Assembly: GCA_019695055.1 (NCBI GenBank)
Contig: JAIBAT010000074.1
Span: forward strand, 1-64,000
From: Candidatus Sumerlaeaceae bacterium
Lineage (GTDB): Bacteria; Sumerlaeota; Sumerlaeia; Sumerlaeales; Sumerlaeaceae
Direction of reading: 5' to 3'
Length of the DNA: 64,000 nucleotides
Below are positions 10,739 through 20,813 of the stretch, piece by piece. Position 1 is the stretch's first letter, and every line of letters starts with the position of its first letter. The position numbers were made by a program, and so were the translations under genes. The notes below the pieces were generated by a model. That model saw nothing but the letters and a program-made list of their open reading frames with translations, had not been told where the DNA came from and ran no database searches.

Positions 10739-11938
10739 TTACTCATACACCTGCCAGGTGTCGTCGGCGTCTGCACTGGTTACAAACCCCTGAAATTTGT
10801 ACACCCGGCCAATCTGTTCGTCACGACCTATGGATGGAACCCAAACCTTATAGCTGGGATCAGACACAAAGACGGTCCCATTTATGGCCCGAACACACAA
10901 GCCAAACTGAGATTCTACCACTAAATTAGGGTTATTCACGCTTCCCATCAATGCCCCTGTCTTTGAATTGAAAGCGTAAAGCCAGGCGTTCCCTGGAATG
11001 TGCCCGTGTGGAAACGAAGTCACATAAACCGTGGCCCCCTCCACGGCGACATCGTGTCCAAACGTGGAGTCGAGACTTGGATTCGATTCGGAGAAATAAC
11101 GCACCACAGCACCAGTCTGTCCATCCAGCAAGCAGACCTTTTCAGACCATGAAGCCACAATGTTACCGTTGCAGGCAAAAATCCGATCACCGAACTTCAA
11201 TGTCCCGGGCACAGGGTTCTCAATCGTTCGCAGCAACGCCCCACTATACACATTGAACACATAGATCCGCCCGGTGTTTGACGAATACCCGGGATCGCCA
11301 ACCCAAACTTCCGCACCCAGCAGTACATACTTCTGTCTCAGGACAATGTCACGGGTAGTCGGAGCAACGGGGATGGACAACGTTTGGACAAGAGATCCCG
11401 TATTACGATCGTAGACTCTGACTGCGGAGCTAGTGTAGCTCCGAATTACATGGGCGTCGGTCAGAAGGTTGCTTACATTCCCCGAAAACGGGCGGGAAAT
11501 CCATGTTCCGGTATTCAAACTGCATAGGTTGTAATCGTTCCCGGAAGGGGTAAACAACTCATTTTGCGAAACCCAAAGGCCTAATGGCCACTGATCACTA
11601 CCAACATACGGAGGTTCCGCCCCTGGGGCGGGATTTTCTATCCTGCGAACTAAGGAGCCATTACTCGCATTTAGAACATAAATAGCCCCTGCGCGCGGGT
11701 ATCCAATGGGACTTGTTGGAGAGGGCCGCCGGGCGGAAACCAAAAGATTTCCGTTCCAAGTGGCCATTTCCTCGCCAAAGAAGGAATCGTAATAATCCGT
11801 CCTCGGCGTCTCCGGACAATCAATATACCCCAACAAATCCCCCGGCGCGGCTGGCACGTTGGAATACCCCAAGCCAACAATCATGGCTGCCAGAATGGCG
11901 ATCCCAAAAGAACGAACGGTGTGTTTTGCAACCATCAT
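10739..11938 (-). CDS. secreted repeat (beta-propeller-like) protein, function unknown
   Basis: Signal peptide; internal repeats GxIYVxNxxxGxLxRxIENPxPG x3-4; a G11 homopolymer lies in its upstream region. Confidence 0.45.
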   Translation of the reverse strand: MMVAKHTVRSFGIAILAAMIVGLGYSNVPAAPGDLLGYIDCPETPRTDYYDSFFGEEMATWNGNLLVSARRPSPTSPIGYPRAGAIYVLNASNGSLVRRIENPAPGAEPPYVGSDQWPLGLWVSQNELFTPSGNDYNLCSLNTGTWISRPFSGNVSNLLTDAHVIRSYTSSAVRVYDRNTGSLVQTLSIPVAPTTRDIVLRQKYVLLGAEVWVGDPGYSSNTGRIYVFNVYSGALLRTIENPVPGTLKFGDRIFACNGNIVASWSEKVCLLDGQTGAVVRYFSESNPSLDSTFGHDVAVEGATVYVTSFPHGHIPGNAWLYAFNSKTGALMGSVNNPNLVVESQFGLCVRAINGTVFVSDPSYKVWVPSIGRDEQIGRVYKFQGFVTSADADDTWQVYE

Positions 11939-12011
11939 ACCAGAACCCCTGATTTATGGTTGGACCATGCCATTTGACCAAAGGAATTGTCCAGACAATT
12001 TGCATTGAGCT

Positions 12012-12022
12012 GGGGGGGGGGG
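12012..12022. repeat. G11/C11 homopolymeric tract in an intergenic/promoter region
   Basis: tggggggggggg at 12011-12022, ~75 nt upstream of the ATG of the 10739-11938 gene. Confidence 0.9.
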
Positions 12023-12091
12023 CAAACGCTTGAAATGTATTGGGTTGGCGCTCGCTTGTCTCGCCACAAGCGAACAGATGGCGGCTTTTTT

Positions 12092-13102
12092 TTACCGGCC
12101 GCCGTACATCCGCTCGTAGTACTGCCGATACTCACCGGAGACGATCTTCTCCCACCACGCGCGATTGTCGAGATACCAGCGAATGGTTTCCTCCAGCCCC
12201 TCTTCGAATCCGACCCGGGCTTTCCAGCCCAGCTCACGCTGGATCTTGTCCGCGTTGATGGCGTAACGCCGGTCATGTCCTGGCCGGTCCTTCACGTGCT
12301 TGATGAGCGATGCCGGCTTGCCGAGAATCTCCAGCAAACGCGTGATGACCTCCATGTTGGTCTTTTCGTTCACGCCGCCCACATTGTAAACTTGGCCCGG
12401 CACACCCTTCTGCAACACCAACTCTATGGCCGAGCAATGGTCGCTGACATGCAGCCACTCGCGCCGCTGAAGGCCGTCGCCGTAAACGGGGAGTTCCTTG
12501 TCCGCCAGCGCATTGATCGTCATCAATGGCAGCACCTTCTCCGGAAACTGGTAGGGACCGTAGTTGTTGGAACACCTCGTGATCAGGACCGGCAGGTTAT
12601 ATGTTGTAAAATAAGACATCACCAGCAAATCCGCCGAGGCCTTGCTGGCGCTGTATGGGCTGCGCGGCGCCAGGGGCGTGGTTTCGAAGAATTCCCCTTC
12701 AGGGCCCAGCGTACCGTAGACCTCATCCGTCGAAATTTGCACGTAGCGCTTCACGCCATGCTTGTGCGCAGCCAGCAGCAGCGACTGTGTCCCCAGGACG
12801 TTTGTCCGCAGGAACACCTGCGGATTCTCAATCGAGCGGTCCACATGGCTTTCCGCGGCAAAATGCACCACGGCATCAAACTTCTCGTCGGCGAAGAGCT
12901 TCTCGACGAGGTCAAAGTCTGCGACGTCGCCCTTCACAAACCTGTAGTTACGGTTGTCCTCCACATCGGCAAGATTCTCCGGGTTCCCGGCATAGGTCAG
13001 CGCATCAAGATTCACGACCGTGTCGCCGGGAAATTCCCGCAGGTGGTCGCGCACGAAGTTGCAGCCGATAAATCCGCAGCCGCCCGTCACAAGCAGTTTC
13101 AT
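12092..13102 (-). CDS. rfbB: dTDP-glucose 4,6-dehydratase
   Basis: MKLLVTGGCGFIGCNFV...; extended-SDR YxxxK; strong RmlB-family similarity across the whole length; the ORF-track N-terminal extension is ignored. Confidence 0.85.
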   Translation of the reverse strand: MKLLVTGGCGFIGCNFVRDHLREFPGDTVVNLDALTYAGNPENLADVEDNRNYRFVKGDVADFDLVEKLFADEKFDAVVHFAAESHVDRSIENPQVFLRTNVLGTQSLLLAAHKHGVKRYVQISTDEVYGTLGPEGEFFETTPLAPRSPYSASKASADLLVMSYFTTYNLPVLITRCSNNYGPYQFPEKVLPLMTINALADKELPVYGDGLQRREWLHVSDHCSAIELVLQKGVPGQVYNVGGVNEKTNMEVITRLLEILGKPASLIKHVKDRPGHDRRYAINADKIQRELGWKARVGFEEGLEETIRWYLDNRAWWEKIVSGEYRQYYERMYGGR

Positions 13103-13208
13103 GTTTGTTCGCCCGTCATTTTTGATGCAACAATCCTTGCGGTTAACGCCGGAACGTGGCACCCACGTCAACAGCAGACTAAGGGATGACATTCAGGCTG
13201 AGGATACC

Positions 13209-13736
13209 GTGAGCACCGATACACTCCCCCAAACCCGCAACGACGCGGAAACATGGACCGGTGTCTTCCAAATCGGCACCACGCCCATGCCCCTCCGCCT
13301 AACAGGCACCGGCGAAGCCCTCACCGGTGTCCATATCTTCGCGCCAAGTGAAGCTGTCTCAGTTAGCGATGCGCCACCGGCTTCGGGAGCCCTTCGCGAA
13401 ACCATCAACCAGCTAAAAGCCTACTTTGCAGGCGATTTGCAGAAGTTCGATCTTCCCCTCCGCGCCGACGGCACTCCGTTTCAGCAGAAAGTCTGGAAAG
13501 CCAATCGCCAGATCCCCTACGGCCAGACGCGCAGCTACTGGTGGGTGGCCGTTCGCATCGGCGATCCCCATTCCGTCCGTGCGGTCGGCGGGGCGCTGGG
13601 GGCAAACCCAATTCCCATCATCATTCCCTGCCACCGCGTGGTCCGCAGCGACGGCGCCCTCGGCGGCTTCAGCAGCGGCCTCGAATGGAAGAAGGTGCTT
13701 CTATCCCATGAGGCCGGGGCGTCGCTGTTCAAATAG
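13209..13736 (+). CDS. ogt: methylated-DNA--protein-cysteine methyltransferase
   Basis: C-terminal PCHRVV active site and IPYGQTRSYWWVA; N-terminal MGMT domain; putative GTG start, uncertain. Confidence 0.65.
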   Translation: MSTDTLPQTRNDAETWTGVFQIGTTPMPLRLTGTGEALTGVHIFAPSEAVSVSDAPPASGALRETINQLKAYFAGDLQKFDLPLRADGTPFQQKVWKANRQIPYGQTRSYWWVAVRIGDPHSVRAVGGALGANPIPIIIPCHRVVRSDGALGGFSSGLEWKKVLLSHEAGASLFK

Positions 13737-13744
13737 CCCCGGAT

Positions 13745-14632
13745 CTACATCGCCGCGACAACCCGCCGGATTCCCTCTTCCAGCGTCACCTCGACTTCGC
13801 CGAAATCGGCCTTCATTCGCGTGAGCTCCGCGACGTGCGACACAAACGGGATCTCGCCTTCCTTGATGGCCGGCTCTTTGCCCATGGCCTGCGCGATGCG
13901 GTGAATGAGCGCCTCGCGCTCCATCACTTCGTCGCCCGCCATGTTCACGATATATGGCGCACTCGATGCCTTCTCCACCGCCGCAAGCGTCATCCGCACC
14001 GTATCGCCGATCCACATCGGGTGCACCACGCTGCGGATGCGAGTGTTCACCTCGATGGGCTCGCGCCGCGCAATCATCCCGGCCCACATTGGCACGATGC
14101 CCCGCGTCAGCGAGAACGGCCAATGGTACCGCAACAACGCCAATGGCCGCCTGTGCTGCTGGCACAGGAACGTGGCCAATGCCTCCATGGCGATCTTCGA
14201 CGCTCCATAGGTTCCGCCCGCGCCGAGCGGATCGGTTTCCTTCGCTGGGTTGTCGCTCGCCGGATAAACACCGCCCGTTGAGGCAATCACAAATACACCC
14301 GAATCCGCGCAATGCTCGATCATGCGCCCCACGGAGAACGCGTTCGACTCGAACGTGTAATTCCGGTCCACCTCAGCCTCCAACATGATGGCCAACTCGT
14401 GGAATACGATGTCGAACTTCTTCGGCAGTCCTGGAATCTTCGCGAAATCCGTCGTTGCCACATCCGCGGCGTAGGTTTTGACGCCCTGCTCTTCCAACCG
14501 CGTCTGGATCGCCTTGTCGCGAAACCGCGCCACTCCATGGATTTCGTTCTTCCCCGGCAGCAGCGCCTCGATGAGCGCCGAGCCGATGAGTCCGCTGGCG
14601 CCTGCCACAAGAATCTTCTGTCCACTGATCAT
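13745..14632 (-). CDS. NAD-dependent epimerase/dehydratase (extended SDR)
   Basis: MISGQKILVAGASGLIGSAL... Rossmann fold; YGASK catalytic motif. Confidence 0.7.
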   Translation of the reverse strand: MISGQKILVAGASGLIGSALIEALLPGKNEIHGVARFRDKAIQTRLEEQGVKTYAADVATTDFAKIPGLPKKFDIVFHELAIMLEAEVDRNYTFESNAFSVGRMIEHCADSGVFVIASTGGVYPASDNPAKETDPLGAGGTYGASKIAMEALATFLCQQHRRPLALLRYHWPFSLTRGIVPMWAGMIARREPIEVNTRIRSVVHPMWIGDTVRMTLAAVEKASSAPYIVNMAGDEVMEREALIHRIAQAMGKEPAIKEGEIPFVSHVAELTRMKADFGEVEVTLEEGIRRVVAAM

Positions 14633-14721
14633 GAAGCCATTTCGCCGCCTGCCTTTCGCATTGCAATCGCCAAAGCGCGCCCCTTGAATTCGCATCGAGT
14701 TTGGCCGGAACCCGAGGATTA

Positions 14722-16188
14722 ATGGAACTTCACACCAAAACCGCCCATGAACTGCGCGATATGCTGCGTCGCCGCGAGGTGTCGAGCGTTGAGCTGACAC
14801 GCGACGTCATGGCGCGCATCAATGCCGCCGAGCCTGCGGTGCAGGCTTATGTCACCGTCATGGGCGACGAAGCCCTGCGCATGGCGGCCAATGCCGACAA
14901 GGCGCTGGCTTCCGGCGAACCGCAGGCCGATTTGGCCGGCATTCCGCTGGCCATCAAGGACAACATGTGCACCCGCGGCACGCTCACGACTTGCTCGTCC
15001 AAGATACTCAGCAACTTCGTTCCACCGTATGACGCGACCGTTGTGTCGCGGCTTCGTGCCTCTAAAGTGGTCTTCACCGGCAAGACGAACCTCGACGAAT
15101 TCGCCATGGGTTCCTCGACCGAGAATTCCGGGATCAAGAAAACCCGCAACCCTTGGGACACGTCGCGCGTGCCCGGCGGTTCCAGCGGTGGCAGCGCCGC
15201 AGCCGTCGCCGCGGGCATGGCCATCGCCGCAACCGGCAGCGACACGGGCGGCTCCATTCGCCAGCCGGCGTCGCTGTGCGGCATCGTGGGCGTCAAAGCG
15301 ACTTATGGCCTCGTGTCGCGTTACGGCCTGGTGGCCTTTGCGTCCTCGTTGGACCAAATTGGGCCGATGACGCGCGACGTTGAGGATGCAGCCATCCTGC
15401 TCAATGCGCTGGCCGGCCACGATCCCATGGATTCGACGAGCGCGAAGTACACGCCGCCGGACTACACAAGCTTCCTCAACAAGCCCATCAAGGGCCTGCG
15501 CGTCGGCCTGCCGAAGGAATTCTTCGCCGATGGTCTCGACCCCGAAGTCCGCGCGGCCATTGATGCGGCCATCAAGAAACTGGAGGAGCTGGGCGCGATT
15601 CCCGTCGAGGTCGAACTTCCCCACAGCAAGTACGCGGTTGCCACTTATTATCTGTGCGCCACCGCCGAGGCGAGCTCGAACCTCGGTCGCTACGACGGTG
15701 CGCAGTATGGCCATCGCGCCGAAGCGGACAATGTCGTGGACATGTACTGCCGCACCCGCGCCGAAGGCTTTGGCCCGGAAGTGAAGCGTCGCATCATGTT
15801 GGGCACGTACGCGCTCAGCGCTGGTTACTATGATGCCTTTTACATCAAGGCGATGAAGGTTCGCACCCTCATCAAGGGCGATTTCGAGAAGGCCTTCGCC
15901 AAGTGCGACGTTATCGCCGGCGCGACGGCGCCGACGGCGGCGTTCAAGTTTGGCGAGAAGACCGACAATCCGCTCGAAATGTACCTGAGCGACATCTTCA
16001 CGATCTCCGTGAACCTGGCCGGAATCTGCGGCGTTTCCATTCCCTGCGGCTTTACCAGCGGTGGACTGCCGATTGGCCTCCAACTTCTGGCCGGACCCTT
16101 CGAAGAAGGAAAACTCTTTACCGCCGCCCACGCCTTTGAGCAGGCGACGGAATGGCACACGAAACGCCCGCCGGCAATCTCAGCGTAG
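14722..16188 (+). CDS. gatA: Asp-tRNA(Asn)/Glu-tRNA(Gln) amidotransferase subunit A
   Basis: Amidase signature ([16 protein letters not shown]...[12 protein letters not shown]); GatA-length; standalone, with no gatC or gatB adjacent. Confidence 0.85.
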   Translation: MELHTKTAHELRDMLRRREVSSVELTRDVMARINAAEPAVQAYVTVMGDEALRMAANADKALASGEPQADLAGIPLAIKDNMCTRGTLTTCSSKILSNFVPPYDATVVSRLRASKVVFTGKTNLDEFAMGSSTENSGIKKTRNPWDTSRVPGGSSGGSAAAVAAGMAIAATGSDTGGSIRQPASLCGIVGVKATYGLVSRYGLVAFASSLDQIGPMTRDVEDAAILLNALAGHDPMDSTSAKYTPPDYTSFLNKPIKGLRVGLPKEFFADGLDPEVRAAIDAAIKKLEELGAIPVEVELPHSKYAVATYYLCATAEASSNLGRYDGAQYGHRAEADNVVDMYCRTRAEGFGPEVKRRIMLGTYALSAGYYDAFYIKAMKVRTLIKGDFEKAFAKCDVIAGATAPTAAFKFGEKTDNPLEMYLSDIFTISVNLAGICGVSIPCGFTSGGLPIGLQLLAGPFEEGKLFTAAHAFEQATEWHTKRPPAISA

Positions 16189-17493
16189 AGCCGCCGCCCG
16201 TAACAGCATTGCGGCGGCCTTCAATTCGCCAACTACTCCACCATCTGACAGATTGCCTGCCTCCAACTCCATCTGCCGGGCAACGTCCTCCTGCATCAGG
16301 TCGTCCACCTGCGTGCCATGAACCATGGCCTTCCAATTCTCAATGCGCTCCTTCAATCCGGCTGCTGTATCGCTCCTCGCGGCGAGGATATCCAAGTGGC
16401 GCATCGCGGCGGCCGCGGGGTCCAGTTCGATTGGAACCGTGTCTGGCCCGATGGCCGAGGCCATGGCGCGCAACCACGATTCCTCCGGCAGGCGCTGGCA
16501 GCGGACGATAAATCCCGCATTACCGCGGCCACGGGTCGCAGCCAGTCGCGGAAGCATCTCTGCGGGCTGGCCTTCCTCCAGAATCTCCAACGCCAGTCCG
16601 TCCTTCTGCGGTATGTCTCCGGCGAGCCGCGTCAACCGCACATGGGCAAGGCCATCGGCAAGAACCTGCTCCGCAAAGCCGGGTGCCAGATCGGCAACAC
16701 CGCGCGGCGCGGGCACTTTTACGGCAAGGCAAACCTTGCGACGCGTGACACGGATGCGCGAAGCGGCGCCGGCAAACAATTCCATGGCCTGCTCCGAATA
16801 CCATTCGCGCCATTTCGGATAATGGTGAGCCCCGCCTTCAGCTGCGACCTCCGCCACGCTGAAGAACAATTCGTGGTCGACCCGCTCGCGGCATACGGCG
16901 CACTGGCAAATTGCCGAGGCTGCGCCGAAACCCGGTGGCAGGATGTTCGAGATCATCAGGCCGTCCACCGCGTATCGCTGTGCAATCTCGGCAAGCAACT
17001 CACCGGCATAGCGCCGCGCGTCGGGGTTTGCCGCGCACAGGAACAGCGACTGCGGTTCCGGTGCCTCGAACTCCATGGGCAGCATCTTCTCGTTACGAAT
17101 CAGCCAGCGTCGCCGTTTGTGCCACAAACGGCTGGCTGGAAAATAAGTCCGTGCACCGGCCAACATCAAGTCCACCGTGGCGTAAACCGCAAGTCCGGCA
17201 TCCACGGCAGCGGCGCAGGCCTGTGCGAGCGGCTCGGCGCCGCGCAGCTTCGGGTACTCGCTCAGTACGCCATACTTCGCCGCGGTCTCGCTGGTGAAAC
17301 TTGTCAGGCCGCGATAGACTGCCTCCAGCGCCACGGTGTTGAAGCCACAATCGGCGACAGTCTCAAAGTTGGACTTCAGTTGGTCCGCGTCCGCCAGCGT
17401 CCACGCAGGCAGCCACAGGGCGCGCGTTTCCGGCGCGGCGAGCGGCCTGGGGCGCAGGGCGCTGAGTTTCTGCGTATCTGACGGCGCGGCCAT
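16180..17493 (-). CDS. hypothetical glycoside-hydrolase-like TIM-barrel protein (GHL10/DUF187-like)
   Basis: Weak resemblance to family-10-like glycosyl hydrolase proteins; sits downstream of two sugar ABC permeases. Confidence 0.35.
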   Translation of the reverse strand: MAAPSDTQKLSALRPRPLAAPETRALWLPAWTLADADQLKSNFETVADCGFNTVALEAVYRGLTSFTSETAAKYGVLSEYPKLRGAEPLAQACAAAVDAGLAVYATVDLMLAGARTYFPASRLWHKRRRWLIRNEKMLPMEFEAPEPQSLFLCAANPDARRYAGELLAEIAQRYAVDGLMISNILPPGFGAASAICQCAVCRERVDHELFFSVAEVAAEGGAHHYPKWREWYSEQAMELFAGAASRIRVTRRKVCLAVKVPAPRGVADLAPGFAEQVLADGLAHVRLTRLAGDIPQKDGLALEILEEGQPAEMLPRLAATRGRGNAGFIVRCQRLPEESWLRAMASAIGPDTVPIELDPAAAAMRHLDILAARSDTAAGLKERIENWKAMVHGTQVDDLMQEDVARQMELEAGNLSDGGVVGELKAAAMLLRAAALR

Positions 17494-17497
17494 GGGC

Positions 17498-18340
17498 CTA
17501 TTTGACTCCGCCGGCAGTCAGGCCGCTCACGATGTGCTTCTCCGCCACCCAGAACAAAACAATCATGGGCAGCACGGCCAACAGCGCGCCGCCCATCACG
17601 AAGTTCCACTTCACCTCGTACATTCCGATTAGGGAAAAGAGCCCCACGATCACCGGCCGCTTCTCGGGCGATGCGAGAAGCGTGAGGGCGAAGATGAACT
17701 CGTTCCATGACGCGATGAATACGAAGATCGTGGCCGTCACGATTCCCGGCGCTGCGAGCGGAATGAGAATCCGCACAATCATCTGAACCCACGTGCAGCC
17801 ATCCACCATGGCCGCCTCCTCGATCTCGGCGGGCACGGTGTTGAAGTAGCCCGAAAGCATCCAGATGGCAAACGCGAGGTTGAAGGCCGCGTTGGCAAGG
17901 ATCAATCCCCACAAACTATTTGTCAGCGGGATGGGCAGGCCCGCGAACAGCTTGAACAGCCCGATGATGATGACGATGGGCGAAAACATCTGTGTGACCA
18001 GCACCGCATACAGAAACGCCCGGCGCCCGGCGAAGCGCAACCGTGACAACGCATAGGCCGCGGGCAACGCCACGATCACGGCGAGCAGCGTGGCGCCCGT
18101 CGCGATGGCCGCAGAGTTCAGGAAGTAGCGCCCGAACAGCGGCAACTGCTTTGGCAGTTCGAGGAAGTTTCCCCACTGCGGTGAGGCAGAGACAAAACGA
18201 AACTCCTCCGCCGTGACGAAAATCTCCGCGTCCTTCTTCAGCGCACTGCTCAGCATCACCGCGAAGGGAAACAGGATCGCGAGGCAGAACGGAATGACAA
18301 ACGCGTACGTCTCGGCGGTGCGAAGGCGATGGCGCGACAT
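17498..18340 (-). CDS. carbohydrate ABC transporter permease (MalG-like)
   Basis: 6-TM permease with the EAA-type loop (AEIEEAAMVDGC); ATG at 18340; the 583-aa ORF in the track is a frame artefact. Confidence 0.8.
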   Translation of the reverse strand: MSRHRLRTAETYAFVIPFCLAILFPFAVMLSSALKKDAEIFVTAEEFRFVSASPQWGNFLELPKQLPLFGRYFLNSAAIATGATLLAVIVALPAAYALSRLRFAGRRAFLYAVLVTQMFSPIVIIIGLFKLFAGLPIPLTNSLWGLILANAAFNLAFAIWMLSGYFNTVPAEIEEAAMVDGCTWVQMIVRILIPLAAPGIVTATIFVFIASWNEFIFALTLLASPEKRPVIVGLFSLIGMYEVKWNFVMGGALLAVLPMIVLFWVAEKHIVSGLTAGGVK

Positions 18341-18345
18341 GGGCG

Positions 18346-19239
18346 TCAGTCCTCCTTCCGCCGCGCCAGCGCGCCGTAAAGCATGCTGAAGCAGATCAAG
18401 ATCAGGAACACGATGACGGCCTGTGCGCTGGCGACGCCGAACTGCTTGTCGGTGAACGCCTTCTTGTAGAGGAACGTCATCATGATGTCCGTCGTGTTGG
18501 CCGGCCCGCCGCCTGTCATGGTCCAGACGATGGGGAACGAGTTGAACACATAAATCACATTGATAATCGTCGCGATGGCAAACACCTCGCGCAGGTGCGG
18601 CATGGTGACGCTCCAGAAGGAGCGGAGCGCCGAAGCGCCGTCCACCCGTGCCGCCTCGTAGAGCTCGGCGGGCACCGACTGCAGCCCGGCGAGGAAAACC
18701 GTGGTCGTGAACGGAATCGAGACAAACACGGCGACGGCAATCATGGCCGGGAAGCTGGTGGCCCGGGTCGAGAGCCAGAACACCGGCTCCTGGATCAGGT
18801 GCAGCTTCAGCAGCATGGCGTTGAACGGCCCGACCTCGCCGTCGAAGATGTAGCGCCACACGATGGCGCTGATGACGAGCGACGAGGCCCAGGGCAGAAT
18901 CAGAATCGCCCGGGCCAGAGGCCGCAGCGCGAACCGGCGGTTCAGGTGCAGGCTCGCCACGAGCGAGATCAGCAGCGTCAGCCCGACAACGGCCACTGTC
19001 CACGTCACGGTGCTCCAGAGTGCGCGGCGGAAGTCCTGGTCGGCGAAGGTCAGTTCGAAATTTCGCCACCCAGCCCAGGCCAACCGGTTGCCGTAGGGAT
19101 CCATTTCGTGGAACGCATTGAGGAACGTCGCCCCGATGGGCACGAACAGCACCGCGCCCAGCAGCGCGACGGCCGGCAGCAGGCACAGGTAGGGCAGCGC
19201 CCGGCGGCGCAGCGACATCGTCGTATCTCCACGGGTCAT
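18346..19239 (-). CDS. carbohydrate ABC transporter permease (MalF-like)
   Basis: 6-TM permease; ELYEAARVDGAS EAA loop. Confidence 0.8.
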   Translation of the reverse strand: MTRGDTTMSLRRRALPYLCLLPAVALLGAVLFVPIGATFLNAFHEMDPYGNRLAWAGWRNFELTFADQDFRRALWSTVTWTVAVVGLTLLISLVASLHLNRRFALRPLARAILILPWASSLVISAIVWRYIFDGEVGPFNAMLLKLHLIQEPVFWLSTRATSFPAMIAVAVFVSIPFTTTVFLAGLQSVPAELYEAARVDGASALRSFWSVTMPHLREVFAIATIINVIYVFNSFPIVWTMTGGGPANTTDIMMTFLYKKAFTDKQFGVASAQAVIVFLILICFSMLYGALARRKED

Positions 19240-19310
19240 GAAGGTGCAAACGTTCCCTTGCCTGATTCGAATTTCAACACAGGTGTTGCCCAGATGAGAA
19301 ATAATGTCCC

Positions 19311-19901
19311 ATGGCCTTCTCCGGCAATCCCATGACTACGCCTGCCGCCACCGCCTATCTTGGACTCGGCTCAAACATCGGCACCGAGGCCGCGAAGTTG
19401 GTTGCCCTGCGCGGGGCCATCGCGGAACTGGAAAAGCATCCGGGGATCAAGGTCACGGGCAAGTCCTCCGTTTACCGGAGCAGCGCCTGGGGTTATACTC
19501 AGCAGGATGACTTCCTGAATGCGGTGATCCGCATTGAGACGTCGCTGGCGCCGCTGGAACTGCTCCGGGTTGTCAAAGATGCCGAGACTGCGGTTGGGCG
19601 CTACCCCACCTTTCGGTGGGGACCCCGGGTCATTGATGTGGATATCCTCCTCCTGGGTGATCTGGACCTGAAATCCGATGCCCTGACCATTCCGCATAAG
19701 TTTCTGCTGGAGCGGGATTTTGCGTATGTGCCGCTGCTGGAGTTGGAGCCGGACGTTTGCCTGCCGACGGGGAAGCGCGTTGCAGAGGCGGTCCCAGCGA
19801 GTAGTCAATCCGGTGAGTCACTGACCAAAGCGGCGGACCTGGTGCTGGGGGATTCCCGCCTTCCGCCGGAAGAGGGGGGGGGAGGGGGGAGGGGGGGGTA
19901 A
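19311..19901 (+). CDS. folK: 2-amino-4-hydroxy-6-hydroxymethyldihydropteridine pyrophosphokinase (HPPK)
   Basis: AYLGLGSNIG...FLNAVIRIETSL...RWGPRVIDVDILL HPPK motifs; the 3' end runs through a G-rich tract giving a GGGGGRGG tail. Confidence 0.8.
   Translation: MAFSGNPMTTPAATAYLGLGSNIGTEAAKLVALRGAIAELEKHPGIKVTGKSSVYRSSAWGYTQQDDFLNAVIRIETSLAPLELLRVVKDAETAVGRYPTFRWGPRVIDVDILLLGDLDLKSDALTIPHKFLLERDFAYVPLLELEPDVCLPTGKRVAEAVPASSQSGESLTKAADLVLGDSRLPPEEGGGGGRGG
19874..19898. repeat. G-rich homopolymeric tract G9-A-G6-A-G8
   Basis: ggggggggg a gggggg a gggggggg at the folK 3' end, directly followed by an AT-rich ~400-bp spacer. Confidence 0.9.
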
Positions 19902-20309
19902 TTGCATATTTGGCATGGCAATTTATGTTAAGCGCTGTTATTACAATGGTGTACGACGCGAAAAAATGGGCGTTTAATTTGCTTCTATTTGCATTTAATT
20001 GATGTTTGGACCGGTCCAGACGCGCGCTTTTTGCGTCTGAATTTCGCGTTCTTGAGGCTGTGTGCGCGGGGGGCGCGCTTGGGGTTTGTTTGATCATGAT
20101 GATTGGACCATGGCACAGGAAAAAGGCTTTGCCTATTCCCTTGTGGACGCTTGTGGCCCCTTCGAGACCCATAAAATCCAACCACCAAAACACCAAAGCA
20201 CCAAAAGCTTTAAACCGCAGGGGTCGCAGAGGGCGCTGAGGGGGGACATTCCATCATGATTGAATGTAATGGAATTGACTGACCTTATAATGAGCACGAC
20301 AGATTTACG

Positions 20310-20513
20310 ATGACCCTGCATCCGCAATATATTGTTGATGAGAATCAACAGCCGAAATCCGTGGTTCTCCCGGTGAGCGAATGGGATGCGGTCCTCGAAG
20401 AGCTGGAAGAGCTCGATGACATCCGCGCCTACGACAAGGCCAAGGCTGGCGCGCAGGACGTTGTTTCATTTGATCAGGCCGTGCGGGAAATCGGGGACTC
20501 GCACAGCGGGTGA
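20310..20513 (+). CDS. type II antitoxin, Phd/YefM-RelB type
   Basis: 67 aa; MTLHPQYIVDENQQPKSVVLPVSEWDAVLEELEELDD; stop overlaps the GTG of the downstream RelE-like ORF. Confidence 0.65.
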   Translation: MTLHPQYIVDENQQPKSVVLPVSEWDAVLEELEELDDIRAYDKAKAGAQDVVSFDQAVREIGDSHSG

Positions 20514-20763
20514 CCTACGCGGTTGAAATCCTGCGCTCTGCGCAGAAAGAACTCGCCGCCATCGAACCCGTGCAACGGGATCGGATTATCGAAGCCATCA
20601 GGGCACTCTCCGAGAACCCGCGTCCACCTGGCTGCAAAAAGCTGTCTGGACGGAATGCCTGGCGAATTCGAACAGGGCGTATCGGGTGATTTACGAAATT
20701 CATGACGGGAAGCTGTTCGTTCTCGTTGTTGCCATCGGCCATCGCCGGGAGATTTATCGCTAA
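20510..20763 (+). pseudogene. RelE/ParE-family toxin, disrupted by a -1 frameshift
   Basis: N-terminal part (...LSGRNAWRIRTGR, stop at 20687) and C-terminal part (YRVIYEIHDGKLFVLVVAIGHRREIYR, stop 20761-63) lie in different frames; joined they give the RelE motif RIRxGxYRVIY. Confidence 0.6.
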
Positions 20764-20813
20764 ACCCCACTACTTGGGAGATGCCTCCGCTCCGCCATAG
20801 TCCTCTGAATAAT

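Noticed and set aside
12084-12096. GGCGGC-T8-ACCGGCCGCC hairpin after rfbB as an intrinsic terminator
   Set aside because: The T-run is in the loop, not after the stem, on either strand.
17498-19249. 583-aa ORF spanning both permease genes
   Set aside because: Its N-terminal 300 aa are an out-of-frame read-through across the MalF-like gene. The true MalG-like CDS starts at ATG 18340 (MSRHRL...).
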